From an uncultured delta proteobacterium (GTDB lineage Bacteria; Desulfobacterota; Binatia; UBA9968): DNA of 64,000 nucleotides. Below are positions 39,511 to 48,632 of the stretch, one piece after another. The translations under genes were made by a program, and so were the position numbers. Position 1 is the stretch's first letter, and each line of letters begins with the position of its first letter. The DNA is taken from NCBI GenBank assembly GCA_963737905.1, contig CAVTUQ010000039.1:64001-128000 (forward strand), read 5' to 3'. The notes under the pieces were generated by a model, which was not told where the DNA came from, searched no databases, and was given only the letters and a program-made list of their open reading frames with translations.

Positions 39511-40236
39511 ATGTATGGCTGGCGCGCAAAAATCGGTCATGTGGCTCCGTCACGCGGCGACACCCTGGTGTATGAGTTTTATAAGATGCTTCCCGAAGGA
39601 TTTATGCTCCTCAACAGCACCGGAACCATCCGGCAGCTCGTGGATGCGGACTTCGAGAGACAACTGCAAAGAATCGAAGAAGCGGCAGCCGATTTGGTTG
39701 ATAACAAATGCGACGCGATCATCGTCGGCGGATCACCGCTGTTTACGAAACTCGGTTATGGCAGCGACGTTGACATGGGAAAAAAGCTCACGGCGAAATA
39801 CGGGGTACCCATCTCGCCGGGGATCACCGGCGAGATCGAAGCGCTGAAATCACTGAACCTTAAGAAACTCGTCGTGGCCACTCCGCACGAAGAGTCGCTG
39901 AATCAAAGAATGAAGGCTTTTCTTGAGAATTCCGGTTTTCAAGTGCTTAAAATTGAAGGATATGGGGTGCGCAAGAATGCCGACCTGACCGACATGGATG
40001 TCCATGCCGCGTACAAAATCGCCAAGCGTCTCTATCAGCAAGCACCCGAGGCCGACGGTGTTTTTATCCCCTGCCCCCGCTGGCCCACTATCACCGACGT
40101 AGATCTGCTGGAGATGGAAATCGGAAAGCCGGTCGTAACCAGCTGTCAATCTTACATCTGGCACGGGTTGCGAATGGCCAAGGTTAAGGAGAAGATCGGC
40201 GGCTTCGGCCGGCTAATGGCGTCATTGGCAAACTAA
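39511..40236 (+). CDS. Maleate isomerase/arylmalonate decarboxylase (Asp/Glu racemase) family protein
   Basis: GWRAKIGHVAPS, VVATP, ADGVFIPC, IGKPVVTS, GFGRL. Confidence 0.85.
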   Translation: MYGWRAKIGHVAPSRGDTLVYEFYKMLPEGFMLLNSTGTIRQLVDADFERQLQRIEEAAADLVDNKCDAIIVGGSPLFTKLGYGSDVDMGKKLTAKYGVPISPGITGEIEALKSLNLKKLVVATPHEESLNQRMKAFLENSGFQVLKIEGYGVRKNADLTDMDVHAAYKIAKRLYQQAPEADGVFIPCPRWPTITDVDLLEMEIGKPVVTSCQSYIWHGLRMAKVKEKIGGFGRLMASLAN

Positions 40237-40356
40237 CACACGGGCTTATTTGCCCCTGCCGCCGAAAACATTTTTCCACAGATCGGCACGCAGAGGTCCC
40301 TGGCTGAGACGCTGCTCAACCTTCGGGTGAACCCTATGCTGGTTCGGACTGAAGAG

Positions 40357-40680
40357 TTACTTGTCGAATGCGGACTTCAGGATCGGCTCGAGTTCGCCGC
40401 GCTCGTGAAGCTCGTGAACTATGTCGCAGCCGCCGACGAATTTTCCGTCAATATAGACCTGCGGAATCGTCGGCCACTTCGAGTAGCGTTTGATCCCGTC
40501 TCTAAGAGCTGGGTCCGCTAAAACGTCTTCAGTCGCGAACGGGACACCGTAGGATTTTAGTATCTCGACGGTATGTGCTGAAAAGCCGCACTGGGGAAAT
40601 TCCGGGGTGCCCTTCATGTAAAGCATCACCTTGTTCTTTTTCACTTTTTCATCGATCTGCGTCAAAACTTCATCTGCCAT
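40357..40680 (-). CDS. grxD: Monothiol glutaredoxin Grx4
   Basis: MKGTPEFPQCGFS, WPTIPQ, GGCD. Confidence 0.95.
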   Translation of the reverse strand: MADEVLTQIDEKVKKNKVMLYMKGTPEFPQCGFSAHTVEILKSYGVPFATEDVLADPALRDGIKRYSKWPTIPQVYIDGKFVGGCDIVHELHERGELEPILKSAFDK

Positions 40681-40704
40681 TTGAGTTCTCCTTCTTAATA
40701 AGCC

Positions 40705-40959
40705 TTAGGAACCCAACTTCTCCCACTGCGCGGGTGAAAAAGTCTTCAACGCCAGCGCATGGATACGTTGGTCGTCCATCGCTTCCTTGAGGGCCTCGTT
40801 CACCATCCGATGCTGCTCGAGCAATCCCTTACCCTCGAAAGCCGGAGAGACAATGATCACTTGCCAATGGTCACCGCCGCCGGTCAAATCCTGCGTTTCG
40901 ACGGTCGATCCCGGAAGCGCCTTTGCCAGTGTTTGCTTGATTTCCTCTGGGCTAATCAT
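40705..40959 (-). CDS. BolA/IbaG family protein
   Basis: GGGDHW, FEGK..LEQHRMV, IHALAL. Confidence 0.93.
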   Translation of the reverse strand: MISPEEIKQTLAKALPGSTVETQDLTGGGDHWQVIIVSPAFEGKGLLEQHRMVNEALKEAMDDQRIHALALKTFSPAQWEKLGS

Positions 40960-41005
40960 GACAAAATTCTACAGACTTAAAGATACCGTTTCAAGCACAA
41001 AAATA

Positions 41006-41515
41006 CTACTCGCGCCTGGCCTGCGGATCGAAGTCAGGGCGGACCTTTTGCATCATCTCGCGGAGGTCTTTGCGCAACTCATCCAACGTCGGCCGACCGA
41101 CATACCAGTAACCACAGTAGAGATTATGCACGGTCCGATCCGGCATGAGGGAGAAGGTATAAGGAATGGCCGTAACACCCCGCGTCTTGGAGGTCTCGGT
41201 CATATCTAATTGCTGAACCACCTTGCGCTCCTGATCGCTGAGGAATGGAAACTCGGCGCCCAAACCGGTTCTGAACGCGGCATTCACTTCGGGCGAATCG
41301 ACGCTGACGACGGCAAGCTTGCAGTAATTGATGGCGAGTTCTTCTTGAAGTTCCACGTAATGGCGCAACTGCACCTGACATTTCCCTCACCAGTAGCCGC
41401 GGTAGAATGACAGGATGAAGGGAAATTTTCCAATCAGTTCGGAAAGCTTAGTCGGCTGGCCGTCTTGATCGGGAAGCTCGATATCCGGGAAACGTTGTCC
41501 AATACTTTGATTCAT
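41006..41515 (-). CDS. AhpC/TSA-like (peroxiredoxin-like) selenoprotein, Sec at codon 43
   Basis: ATG 41515: MNQSIGQRFPDIELPDQDG...SFYRGYW-TGA(41387-41389)-GKCQVQL continues in frame into ORF 41006..41374; UxxC at the CxxC site; 169 aa. Confidence 0.88.
41355..41386 (-). promoter_or_regulatory. Bacterial SECIS-like hairpin
   Basis: Stem GGUGC-AGUU-GCGCC (41375..41362) begins 12 nt after the UGA, G in the apical loop; lower stem AUGU/ACGU. Confidence 0.6.
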
Positions 41516-41585
41516 GGGCTTACCCTTTCTGAAAGATCGCGCAGGTCAATCAAGCGACAATATTTACAGAATAAACACTCGCCCG

Positions 41586-42329
41586 TCAATGCGTGCGCTT
41601 TAGCCAATCTCGGGCCTCCAACGATTGCCCCGTAACCGTCGCGGAATCATCCGAGGCCAGATAGACGAAGACGGGCACAATATCGTCCGGAGTTACCAAG
41701 GCTAGCGGATCCTCTTCGGGATAGGCGAGGGCGCGCATCTCGGTCCTGGTAGGGCCCGGATTGACTGAATTCACCCGGATGCCGAATTCGCGGACCTCGT
41801 CCGCAAGCACTTGCGTCAAACCTTCCACCCCGAATTTGGAGGCGGCGTAAGCACCCCAACGGGCCTTGCCCACGCGTCCGACACCGGACGAGACATTAAT
41901 AATCGACCCGCTTCGCTGGGGCATCATGATTTTCAGCGTTTCTCTAATCATGAGGAACGATCCGGTGAGGTTGACTCGCACGACGTCCTCCCAGGCTGAA
42001 ACCGGATACTCGGCGACGGGTACACGAGGCCCGAGCAGGCTAGCATTATTCACGAGCGCATCGAGTTTGCCGAATTGTTCCAGCGCTGCTTGCACGATCG
42101 CCTTCGCTTGCGCCGCGTCGCCTTTATCGCCAACGCGACCATGAGCCTCCCCACCGATGGAACGAATGTGAGTGATCGCATGATTAAGATCGGCAGCGCC
42201 GCGGGCGCAAATAAACACGCGGGCTCCCTCGCGCGCATACGCGATGGCGACCGCTTTGCCGATTCCACGGCTGCCGCCGGTGATCAACGCGACCTTCCCA
42301 CTTAATTTTTGTTCTCCCTTGCTTGCCAT
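41586..42329 (-). CDS. Short-chain dehydrogenase/reductase (YciK-like)
   Basis: TGGSRGIG, NNA, SS, YAASK, NPGPTRTEMRALAYPEED. Confidence 0.92.
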   Translation of the reverse strand: MASKGEQKLSGKVALITGGSRGIGKAVAIAYAREGARVFICARGAADLNHAITHIRSIGGEAHGRVGDKGDAAQAKAIVQAALEQFGKLDALVNNASLLGPRVPVAEYPVSAWEDVVRVNLTGSFLMIRETLKIMMPQRSGSIINVSSGVGRVGKARWGAYAASKFGVEGLTQVLADEVREFGIRVNSVNPGPTRTEMRALAYPEEDPLALVTPDDIVPVFVYLASDDSATVTGQSLEARDWLKRTH

Positions 42330-42370
42330 TTCCTAAACGCTATCACATAGTTATCGGATTGGCGAAACCG

Positions 42371-43327
42371 ATGAAAAGTTACCAGAGACTCCTCATCTTT
42401 GTGCTGCTCGTGCTCGCTCTCACCGCTTTAGTCAGCCCCTGGGCGGCTACCGCCTGGGACCTGATGTCCGGCGCCGATTCTGTAGCACGGCAGGACCGCA
42501 TTCCCTTTTCGCGTATCTTCAACCGATTTTTCATGGTCTCCGGTGTTCTATTGTTCTTCGCCTACCGGCCGCTGCTCAAGATCGAATCACCGTCTCAATT
42601 AGGCCTTGCGCCGAGAACAAGGGCTGTGCACGATATCTCCATCGGCCTCTCCTTCGCTCTCGGATCCATGCTGGCCTTGGGCTTCATTATGTCACTGGCT
42701 GGAGTCTATCAGCCCTTTTTTCGCCTGTCCCTGAGCGCATCGGTGGAGCAGTGCGTGCAAGCGTTACTCACTGCGTTCAGCGTCGGCTTTTTGGAAGAAA
42801 TCTTTTTTCGCGGTATTATTTTCCGCGGGCTGCTGGAAGATTGGAAGCCGCTGCCCGCTTTTCTGGTCGCAAATTTGTTCTACTCGGCGTTACATTTCGT
42901 CAAGCCGGGAGAAGAATATTTTCTGTCGGGGATCGATCCTTGGGCCGGTGTCCGTCACTTGTTTTCCACCTTCGCGCCGTTTCTCGAACCCGCAGAGATC
43001 GCTCCAGGAATGATCGGTCTCTTGCTGATCGGGATCGTGCTGAGCTACGCCTTCCTTCGCACCGGCACCCTGTATCTATCCATCGGGCTCCATGCGGGCT
43101 GGATCATCAGCATCAAGACGGTCCGCGTTTTCGGCGATTACCAGAGGGAAAACCTGGGTTGGCTGTTTGGCTCCACCGATCCAAAAATAGTCAGCGGCGT
43201 AATGACTTGGGTCGGCATCGTGCTGGTGGGCGTCGCGGTCCATTGGACCACCCGGAATCGTGCCGGCCTCCGCGTCCCAAATAAGACCGGAAAACTGACT
43301 GCCGCACGAGAAGTAGCAGACGCCTAG
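42371..43327 (+). CDS. CPBP (CAAX/Abi) intramembrane metalloprotease
   Basis: EEIFFRG, YSALHF, LHAGW; multiple TM segments. Confidence 0.9.
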   Translation: MKSYQRLLIFVLLVLALTALVSPWAATAWDLMSGADSVARQDRIPFSRIFNRFFMVSGVLLFFAYRPLLKIESPSQLGLAPRTRAVHDISIGLSFALGSMLALGFIMSLAGVYQPFFRLSLSASVEQCVQALLTAFSVGFLEEIFFRGIIFRGLLEDWKPLPAFLVANLFYSALHFVKPGEEYFLSGIDPWAGVRHLFSTFAPFLEPAEIAPGMIGLLLIGIVLSYAFLRTGTLYLSIGLHAGWIISIKTVRVFGDYQRENLGWLFGSTDPKIVSGVMTWVGIVLVGVAVHWTTRNRAGLRVPNKTGKLTAAREVADA

Positions 43328-43360
43328 CCTGGTCTGTCACGCTGTGGCTAGAAATTCAGC

Positions 43361-44452
43361 TCAATCGTCGCCCACGAGAACACATTGATCCGGATGCGCA
43401 AGAGCAAAAACCCGTTGGCCTTTCTCAAATTGCCGCGAAGGAGAAGTGACAATGCGCAGGGATACCGGCGGGAGAGCCAGCGCCACCGTGTAGTCCACCG
43501 CATCACCGAAGTAAATGCGTCGCTCGAGGACTCCAGAAAACAAATTAAACCCTTTGCTCGCCAGTTCCCGCGCCTCCGACTCGTCTGCGGTCAGGAGAAA
43601 ATTGTGGGGGCGGATACATACCGACATCTTGCCAGATGCGGTTGAATGGGAGCCATTGGCGATTGTGATCTGGAGGTCCGGTCCCAAAGATAGGGTATTC
43701 CCCCCCTCGAGCCGGCCCGATAAAATATTCGTTTTACCGATAAACTCCGCCACAAAGCGGGTTCGCGGTTGATCGAAGATCTCACTCGGGGTGCCAACCT
43801 GCACCATTCGCCCCTTGTTTAGGACAACGATACGATCCGATGTCACCATCGCCTCGGCTTGATCGTGGGTCACATAGATCGTCGTAATACCAAATTCCTC
43901 GTGCAACCGGCGAATCTCGAAACGCATCTCCTCACGAAGATTCGCGTCAAGATTGCTCAGTGGCTCGTCCAAAAGAAGGATCTGCGGCTCCACGACCAAG
44001 GCCCGCGCCAGGGCGACGCGTTGCTGCTGGCCGCCGGAAAGCTCGGCGGGATAGCGCGCTTTCAACGCCTCCAGATGCACCACGCGGAGCAAACGCTCGG
44101 TCTTTTCATCGATTTCCCGGCTGGTGAGTTTCTTGAACTTGAGGCCGTAGGCGACGTTCTGAAACACCGTCATATGCGGCCATATGGCGTAGCTCTGAAA
44201 GATCATCGACATATTGCGGCGCTCGGGGGGAATCAAAGTCGAAGCGGATGAAATGACTTGGTCGTTGACGCGAATTTCCCCCGCGTCCGGTTGGAGAAAG
44301 CCGGCCACCAGCCGTAGCGTCGTCGTCTTCCCGCAGCCGGACGGCCCCAGAAGCGAGACGAATTCGCCGTCTTTGATCTCCAAGCGCAGATCATCCACGG
44401 CGGCCATGCCGGTAAATTTCTTCGTCAGACCGTGGAAGGATACGCTGGCCAT
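43361..44452 (-). CDS. ABC transporter ATP-binding protein (FbpC/PotA type)
   Basis: GPSGCGKT, LSGGQQQR, DEPLSNLD, C-terminal TOBE-like region. Confidence 0.95.
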   Translation of the reverse strand: MASVSFHGLTKKFTGMAAVDDLRLEIKDGEFVSLLGPSGCGKTTTLRLVAGFLQPDAGEIRVNDQVISSASTLIPPERRNMSMIFQSYAIWPHMTVFQNVAYGLKFKKLTSREIDEKTERLLRVVHLEALKARYPAELSGGQQQRVALARALVVEPQILLLDEPLSNLDANLREEMRFEIRRLHEEFGITTIYVTHDQAEAMVTSDRIVVLNKGRMVQVGTPSEIFDQPRTRFVAEFIGKTNILSGRLEGGNTLSLGPDLQITIANGSHSTASGKMSVCIRPHNFLLTADESEARELASKGFNLFSGVLERRIYFGDAVDYTVALALPPVSLRIVTSPSRQFEKGQRVFALAHPDQCVLVGDD

Positions 44453-44455
44453 GCG

Positions 44456-46183
44456 CTACTCTCGCGTCGCCACCACTTCTCGCCCCGCGAACCATTGCAT
44501 GGCCACAACCACCGCAAAAGAAACGGCCAACAAAAGAATGCCCAAGACCGAGATCACTCCGACCTGCCCTTCCTCTTTGAGATCGAAGATCACCACGGAG
44601 ACCACCTTGGATGCCGGCGCGAACAGCAGAATCGAGGCACTGAGCTCACGAATCACCCCGATGAAGATGAACGACCAGGCGGCGATCAGGCCGGAACGCG
44701 CCAGCGGCGCGGTCACGTCCTTCAGGACTAGCAGCCGGTTGGCGCCGATAATCCGGCTCGCGTCTTCCAGCTCCGGGTGAATGCTTTTGAACGTGGACTC
44801 CGCCTGGGAAAAGCCGATGGGCATCTCTTTAGTCAAGTAGGCGACGAAAAGAATCCAAATGGTTCCGTAAAGCACCAAGGGCGGCCGCGTGTACGCAATG
44901 AACAAACCCACCGCCAGAACGATGCCCGGAATCACCAGCGGTGCCAGCGCGAAGAAACTCAGATAACGCGCGCCCCTGAAGAGATTGCGGTTGGTGATGT
45001 AAGCGATGAGGGTCGCCAGCAGAGTGCCGAGGGTGGCGGTCAGAATCCCTAGCTTGAAAGTATTGTAGATCGCCCGCTGGGTGTCGCCGTACTCAAAAAA
45101 GGCGAAGGAAAAATTCTTAAAGGTAAAATTGTCCCACGTCAAGGGCATCGCCCAGGCCTTGGACAGCGCTGCTTTCAATAAAATCCAGTAGGGCAGAAAG
45201 ACCGACAGCGACAGTATACCGAGCAACAGCAGCAGCAACGGCACCCGCCCGCAACCCAAGCGAATCAAGCGCTTCTGGCCGCCCTTGCCACCCACGGTGC
45301 TGAAACCACGCCGCCCGAGAATTTTCTTTTGCAAGGCGATCAATACCATCGTCGCCAGGAGAAGCGGCACAGAGAACGCTGCGGCCATATCCAGGCGAGG
45401 CGGATATTGAAACAGCGCCCAGATCTGCGTGGTGATGGTGTGGATGCCTGCAGGCAAGCCCAGAATCGCCGGCGCGCCGAACAACGATAGCGAGTGCAGA
45501 AAGGCGAGGATGAATCCACCGATCAACGCTGGCAGCGCCAATGGCATCGTCACCGTCCAGGCGGTCTGCCACTTGTTCGCGCCGAGGATCTCCGCGGCGT
45601 CTTCCAAATCCGATGAGATCAGCTCGCAGACGTTGGCGACCATCGAAAACACATAAGGAAAACTATAGAGGGCCATGACGAAGATCAGCCCCGGCATCGT
45701 GAAAATGTTAAAGAGTGCGTCTTCCGATCCCGTTACAGAACGGTAAAACTTGTTGAGCGCTCCGGCATTCGGCCCGGCCAGCAAGGTCCAAGCAAATGCG
45801 CCCAAAAACGGCGGCGTCACGAAGGAAGCCATCACCAGCGCCCGGATCGGCTTTTTCCAAGGTAGATCGGTCCGCGTCACCAGCCAGGCGAACAGAGTGC
45901 CGACGGCGACGGCGATCACACCGACCCAGAACGAGATCACGACTGTATTCCAGATGGCTTTTAGAAAAGCGGCGTTGGTGAAGACCTCGAGGTAACGCCC
46001 CAGGCTGAAGCCGGTCTCATCCCACAGGCTGGCGCGAAAGATCGCCCCCAGAGGCAAAACCATCAGAAACACGAGCAATAGCGCCGCGGCAATCCACACC
46101 GGCAAGGTGGTATCCCACCGTTGCAGAACAGCCCAACTTGCCGCCGGTGCGCGCCCTACCGCGTCCGTAGTCGAAGCAGGCAT
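44456..46183 (-). CDS. ABC transporter permease (fused two-domain FbpB type)
   Basis: Two EAA-loop motifs (LEDAAEILGA, LEDASRIIGA). Confidence 0.93.
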   Translation of the reverse strand: MPASTTDAVGRAPAASWAVLQRWDTTLPVWIAAALLLVFLMVLPLGAIFRASLWDETGFSLGRYLEVFTNAAFLKAIWNTVVISFWVGVIAVAVGTLFAWLVTRTDLPWKKPIRALVMASFVTPPFLGAFAWTLLAGPNAGALNKFYRSVTGSEDALFNIFTMPGLIFVMALYSFPYVFSMVANVCELISSDLEDAAEILGANKWQTAWTVTMPLALPALIGGFILAFLHSLSLFGAPAILGLPAGIHTITTQIWALFQYPPRLDMAAAFSVPLLLATMVLIALQKKILGRRGFSTVGGKGGQKRLIRLGCGRVPLLLLLLGILSLSVFLPYWILLKAALSKAWAMPLTWDNFTFKNFSFAFFEYGDTQRAIYNTFKLGILTATLGTLLATLIAYITNRNLFRGARYLSFFALAPLVIPGIVLAVGLFIAYTRPPLVLYGTIWILFVAYLTKEMPIGFSQAESTFKSIHPELEDASRIIGANRLLVLKDVTAPLARSGLIAAWSFIFIGVIRELSASILLFAPASKVVSVVIFDLKEEGQVGVISVLGILLLAVSFAVVVAMQWFAGREVVATRE

Positions 46184-46206
46184 AGAGTCTATTTATGGGC
46201 TTTCTA

Positions 46207-47226
46207 TTAGGCGCCGAAAAATTCAACGAAGCGTTTCTTGATTTCCGCGTTACGCTTCTCGAGCTCGTCGGGATCGGCCGAGAGAAGTTTTAAATCTTTG
46301 AGCTTGGGTTTATCGGCCGGATAGGTGACTTCGGGATGGCCCGTATAGAGTCCTTCCTTGTCGGCCAAAAGTTGCTGCGACTCTTTGGCAAAAATAAATT
46401 CGGTGAAAAGCTTCGCCGCGTTTGGATGGGGTGCGTTTTTGGCGATGGCAACAGGCGAGACCACCAAAGGGATTCCTTCTTTGGGATAGACGATCTTGAT
46501 GGGATTTCCTTGCTTAAGGGTTTTGTAATAAAAGTACTCTGCACCGTTTACGCCTACCGGCCGTTCTCCCGAAGCCACAATACCCGCGGGATCATTGGCG
46601 GACTGGACCAGATGAAGTTTGTTTTTTGCCAGATCGCGGAAGTATTCCCAGCCATAGACGTTCACGAGCGCCAACACATGAGTCATGATGATGCCGCTAT
46701 AACCGGGATGGGCGCTGACCTCCTTGCCGCTCCACTTCGAATTCAGCAGGTCCTTCCAGGTGGCAGGCGCATCCTTCTCCGCGACAATTTTGGGGTTGTA
46801 GGCGATCACGGACAAGGTGGCTCTCATGCCGAAGTAAAAGCCGTTCTTGTCCTTGAAACCGGCCGGAAAGCTCTCGACTCCCTTGGGAGTATATTGCAAG
46901 AGCAATCCTTTCTCCTTGAGCAGCACAAAATGACCGGCATCAGAAGTGTGTATCAAATCGACATTCTTGATACCTGCCGCTGCCTCCTGCATGACCCGCT
47001 GCAAAACTCGCTGCGACCCCGTGCGATGAACTTCCACTTCAATTCCCTTGTATTTGTTTTGGAAATAGTGGGCGATCGCGGTGGAAGAAGGAAGGGCCAA
47101 TGAAGTGTACCAGACTACCTTGGCTTCCTTGCCCGCCGCCTGAATCATGGCGGCATCCTGGGCGAAGGCCGCAGCGGCGGTGGCAACCGAGAGCGTGAAC
47201 AATAAAAAGGTGAGACTCTTTTTCAT
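46207..47226 (-). CDS. ABC transporter substrate-binding protein (FbpA/AfuA-like)
   Basis: Signal peptide, VVWYTS, PATWKDLL, YPKEG, APHPNAAKLF. Confidence 0.92.
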   Translation of the reverse strand: MKKSLTFLLFTLSVATAAAAFAQDAAMIQAAGKEAKVVWYTSLALPSSTAIAHYFQNKYKGIEVEVHRTGSQRVLQRVMQEAAAGIKNVDLIHTSDAGHFVLLKEKGLLLQYTPKGVESFPAGFKDKNGFYFGMRATLSVIAYNPKIVAEKDAPATWKDLLNSKWSGKEVSAHPGYSGIIMTHVLALVNVYGWEYFRDLAKNKLHLVQSANDPAGIVASGERPVGVNGAEYFYYKTLKQGNPIKIVYPKEGIPLVVSPVAIAKNAPHPNAAKLFTEFIFAKESQQLLADKEGLYTGHPEVTYPADKPKLKDLKLLSADPDELEKRNAEIKKRFVEFFGA

Positions 47227-47231
47227 GTTTA

Positions 47232-48632
47232 TTACCTCCTAAGTGTTTTTCCGTCCGGCTCGTGGCCAATCAAATGATCCGTCAAGATCGTGATCGACGG
47301 CAGCTGCTCCAGTGTTTTAACCGATTTAACGATTACGTCAAGCTGCCCCTCAGATAACGCCAACCGCGCGTTGGCGCGAAATTTTACCACGATTTCTTCC
47401 GGGGGCAACGGTGATTCAAGCCCACCGCGAGGATGGGGTTGATTCTCCTCCAGCACCGTACCATCCACAAGCTTGATTTTGACGTGGCCAGAGAAATGAC
47501 TCGGATAGTCGATGGTCGGATCGAGCTCGTAACGGACTTTTTTTGCCAAGCTTAGTATTTCGGGATCCCGGATGGCTTCCTCGGTAAACTCCTCCAGTCC
47601 CGCCCGGCCACGAATGAGCATCACGGCGATACTGTAGGGCAAACTGAATTTTGCTCCATAAGAACTCGTCGGTCGCTGCTTGTCGGCGAGGGGCTCCCAG
47701 AGCCGGTGCACCGGACCCTCCGCCGTACGGCATACGATTTCGACGACACGCTCCGGCGCGATGGCATGTTTCTGTCTCAAGTTCAGGGCACAGTCCATAT
47801 AGGGATGGGATATCGATCCGCAGGGATACGATTTAAAAGTTAATTTAGGTATCTCCCAACTAGCGCCGAGTTCGTTGAGTTTTTCGAATGGGTATTCATT
47901 CGCGCCGCCGAAGGAACGATAAAAGCCGTGCGTACCTTCAAAGACAGTTTTCGGTCCACGAAATCCCTCCTGCGCAAGCAGCGTCGCGATCACTCCCCCA
48001 TGAGCGGACCAGCCGGGATGCAGCCGCTTGGTCCAAGTGCCATCGGCTAGATATTCGATGATCCCCGAGCTTTGACTGCCGCACAATCCGAAGGTATCGC
48101 TCCATTGCGCCGGATCGAGACCATAGAGTTTGCCGGCGGCAGCAGCAGCGCCGAAGGTAGAACAAAGAGCGGTCGGATGAAAGCCGCGCGCATGAAACTT
48201 ACCCGGCGCCACGAGACCGATTTTGCACATCACTTCGGTCCCGGCGATGGCCGCTTCCAAGACGGCTTTTCCGCTTGCGCGCAGATCCTCACCCACTGCC
48301 AGCGCCGTCATGCCGGCGCAGCAGCCGGTGTGTACGATCGCTTCTTCCAATGTGTCGTCATAATCGAGACCATGCGCCAGCGTCCCATTGGCCAGGACGG
48401 CATTGGCGGCGGCCACTTTCACCGGCGAGCCGATCAAACGGCTGGAGGTCGGCCCGCCAAGCTTCTGCGCCACATTCACGATCATTCGCCCAAAGTCCAT
48501 CGTCGATGAGGCCAGCGCAATCCCCAGGGTGTCGAGAAACACTAACTTGGCTTTCTCAACGACCTCCTGCGGCACTTCTTCAAGCTTCAATCCACAGAGG
48601 AATCTGGCTATCGCTTGAGAGTACGACTCCAC
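47232..48632 (-). CDS. MmgE/PrpD family protein
   Basis: AHGLDYDD, GFHPT, KRLHPG, KSYPCGSISHP, KFSLPY. Confidence 0.9.
   Translation of the reverse strand: MESYSQAIARFLCGLKLEEVPQEVVEKAKLVFLDTLGIALASSTMDFGRMIVNVAQKLGGPTSSRLIGSPVKVAAANAVLANGTLAHGLDYDDTLEEAIVHTGCCAGMTALAVGEDLRASGKAVLEAAIAGTEVMCKIGLVAPGKFHARGFHPTALCSTFGAAAAAGKLYGLDPAQWSDTFGLCGSQSSGIIEYLADGTWTKRLHPGWSAHGGVIATLLAQEGFRGPKTVFEGTHGFYRSFGGANEYPFEKLNELGASWEIPKLTFKSYPCGSISHPYMDCALNLRQKHAIAPERVVEIVCRTAEGPVHRLWEPLADKQRPTSSYGAKFSLPYSIAVMLIRGRAGLEEFTEEAIRDPEILSLAKKVRYELDPTIDYPSHFSGHVKIKLVDGTVLEENQPHPRGGLESPLPPEEIVVKFRANARLALSEGQLDVIVKSVKTLEQLPSITILTDHLIGHEPDGKTLRR

Noticed and set aside
41006-41374. Stand-alone 122-aa protein or pseudogene
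   Set aside because: It is the C-terminal part of the UGA-readthrough protein starting at 41515.
42371-43327. CPBP/Abi protein as a phage-defence or bacteriocin-immunity gene
   Set aside because: No defence or peptide-precursor context; ordinary intramembrane protease.
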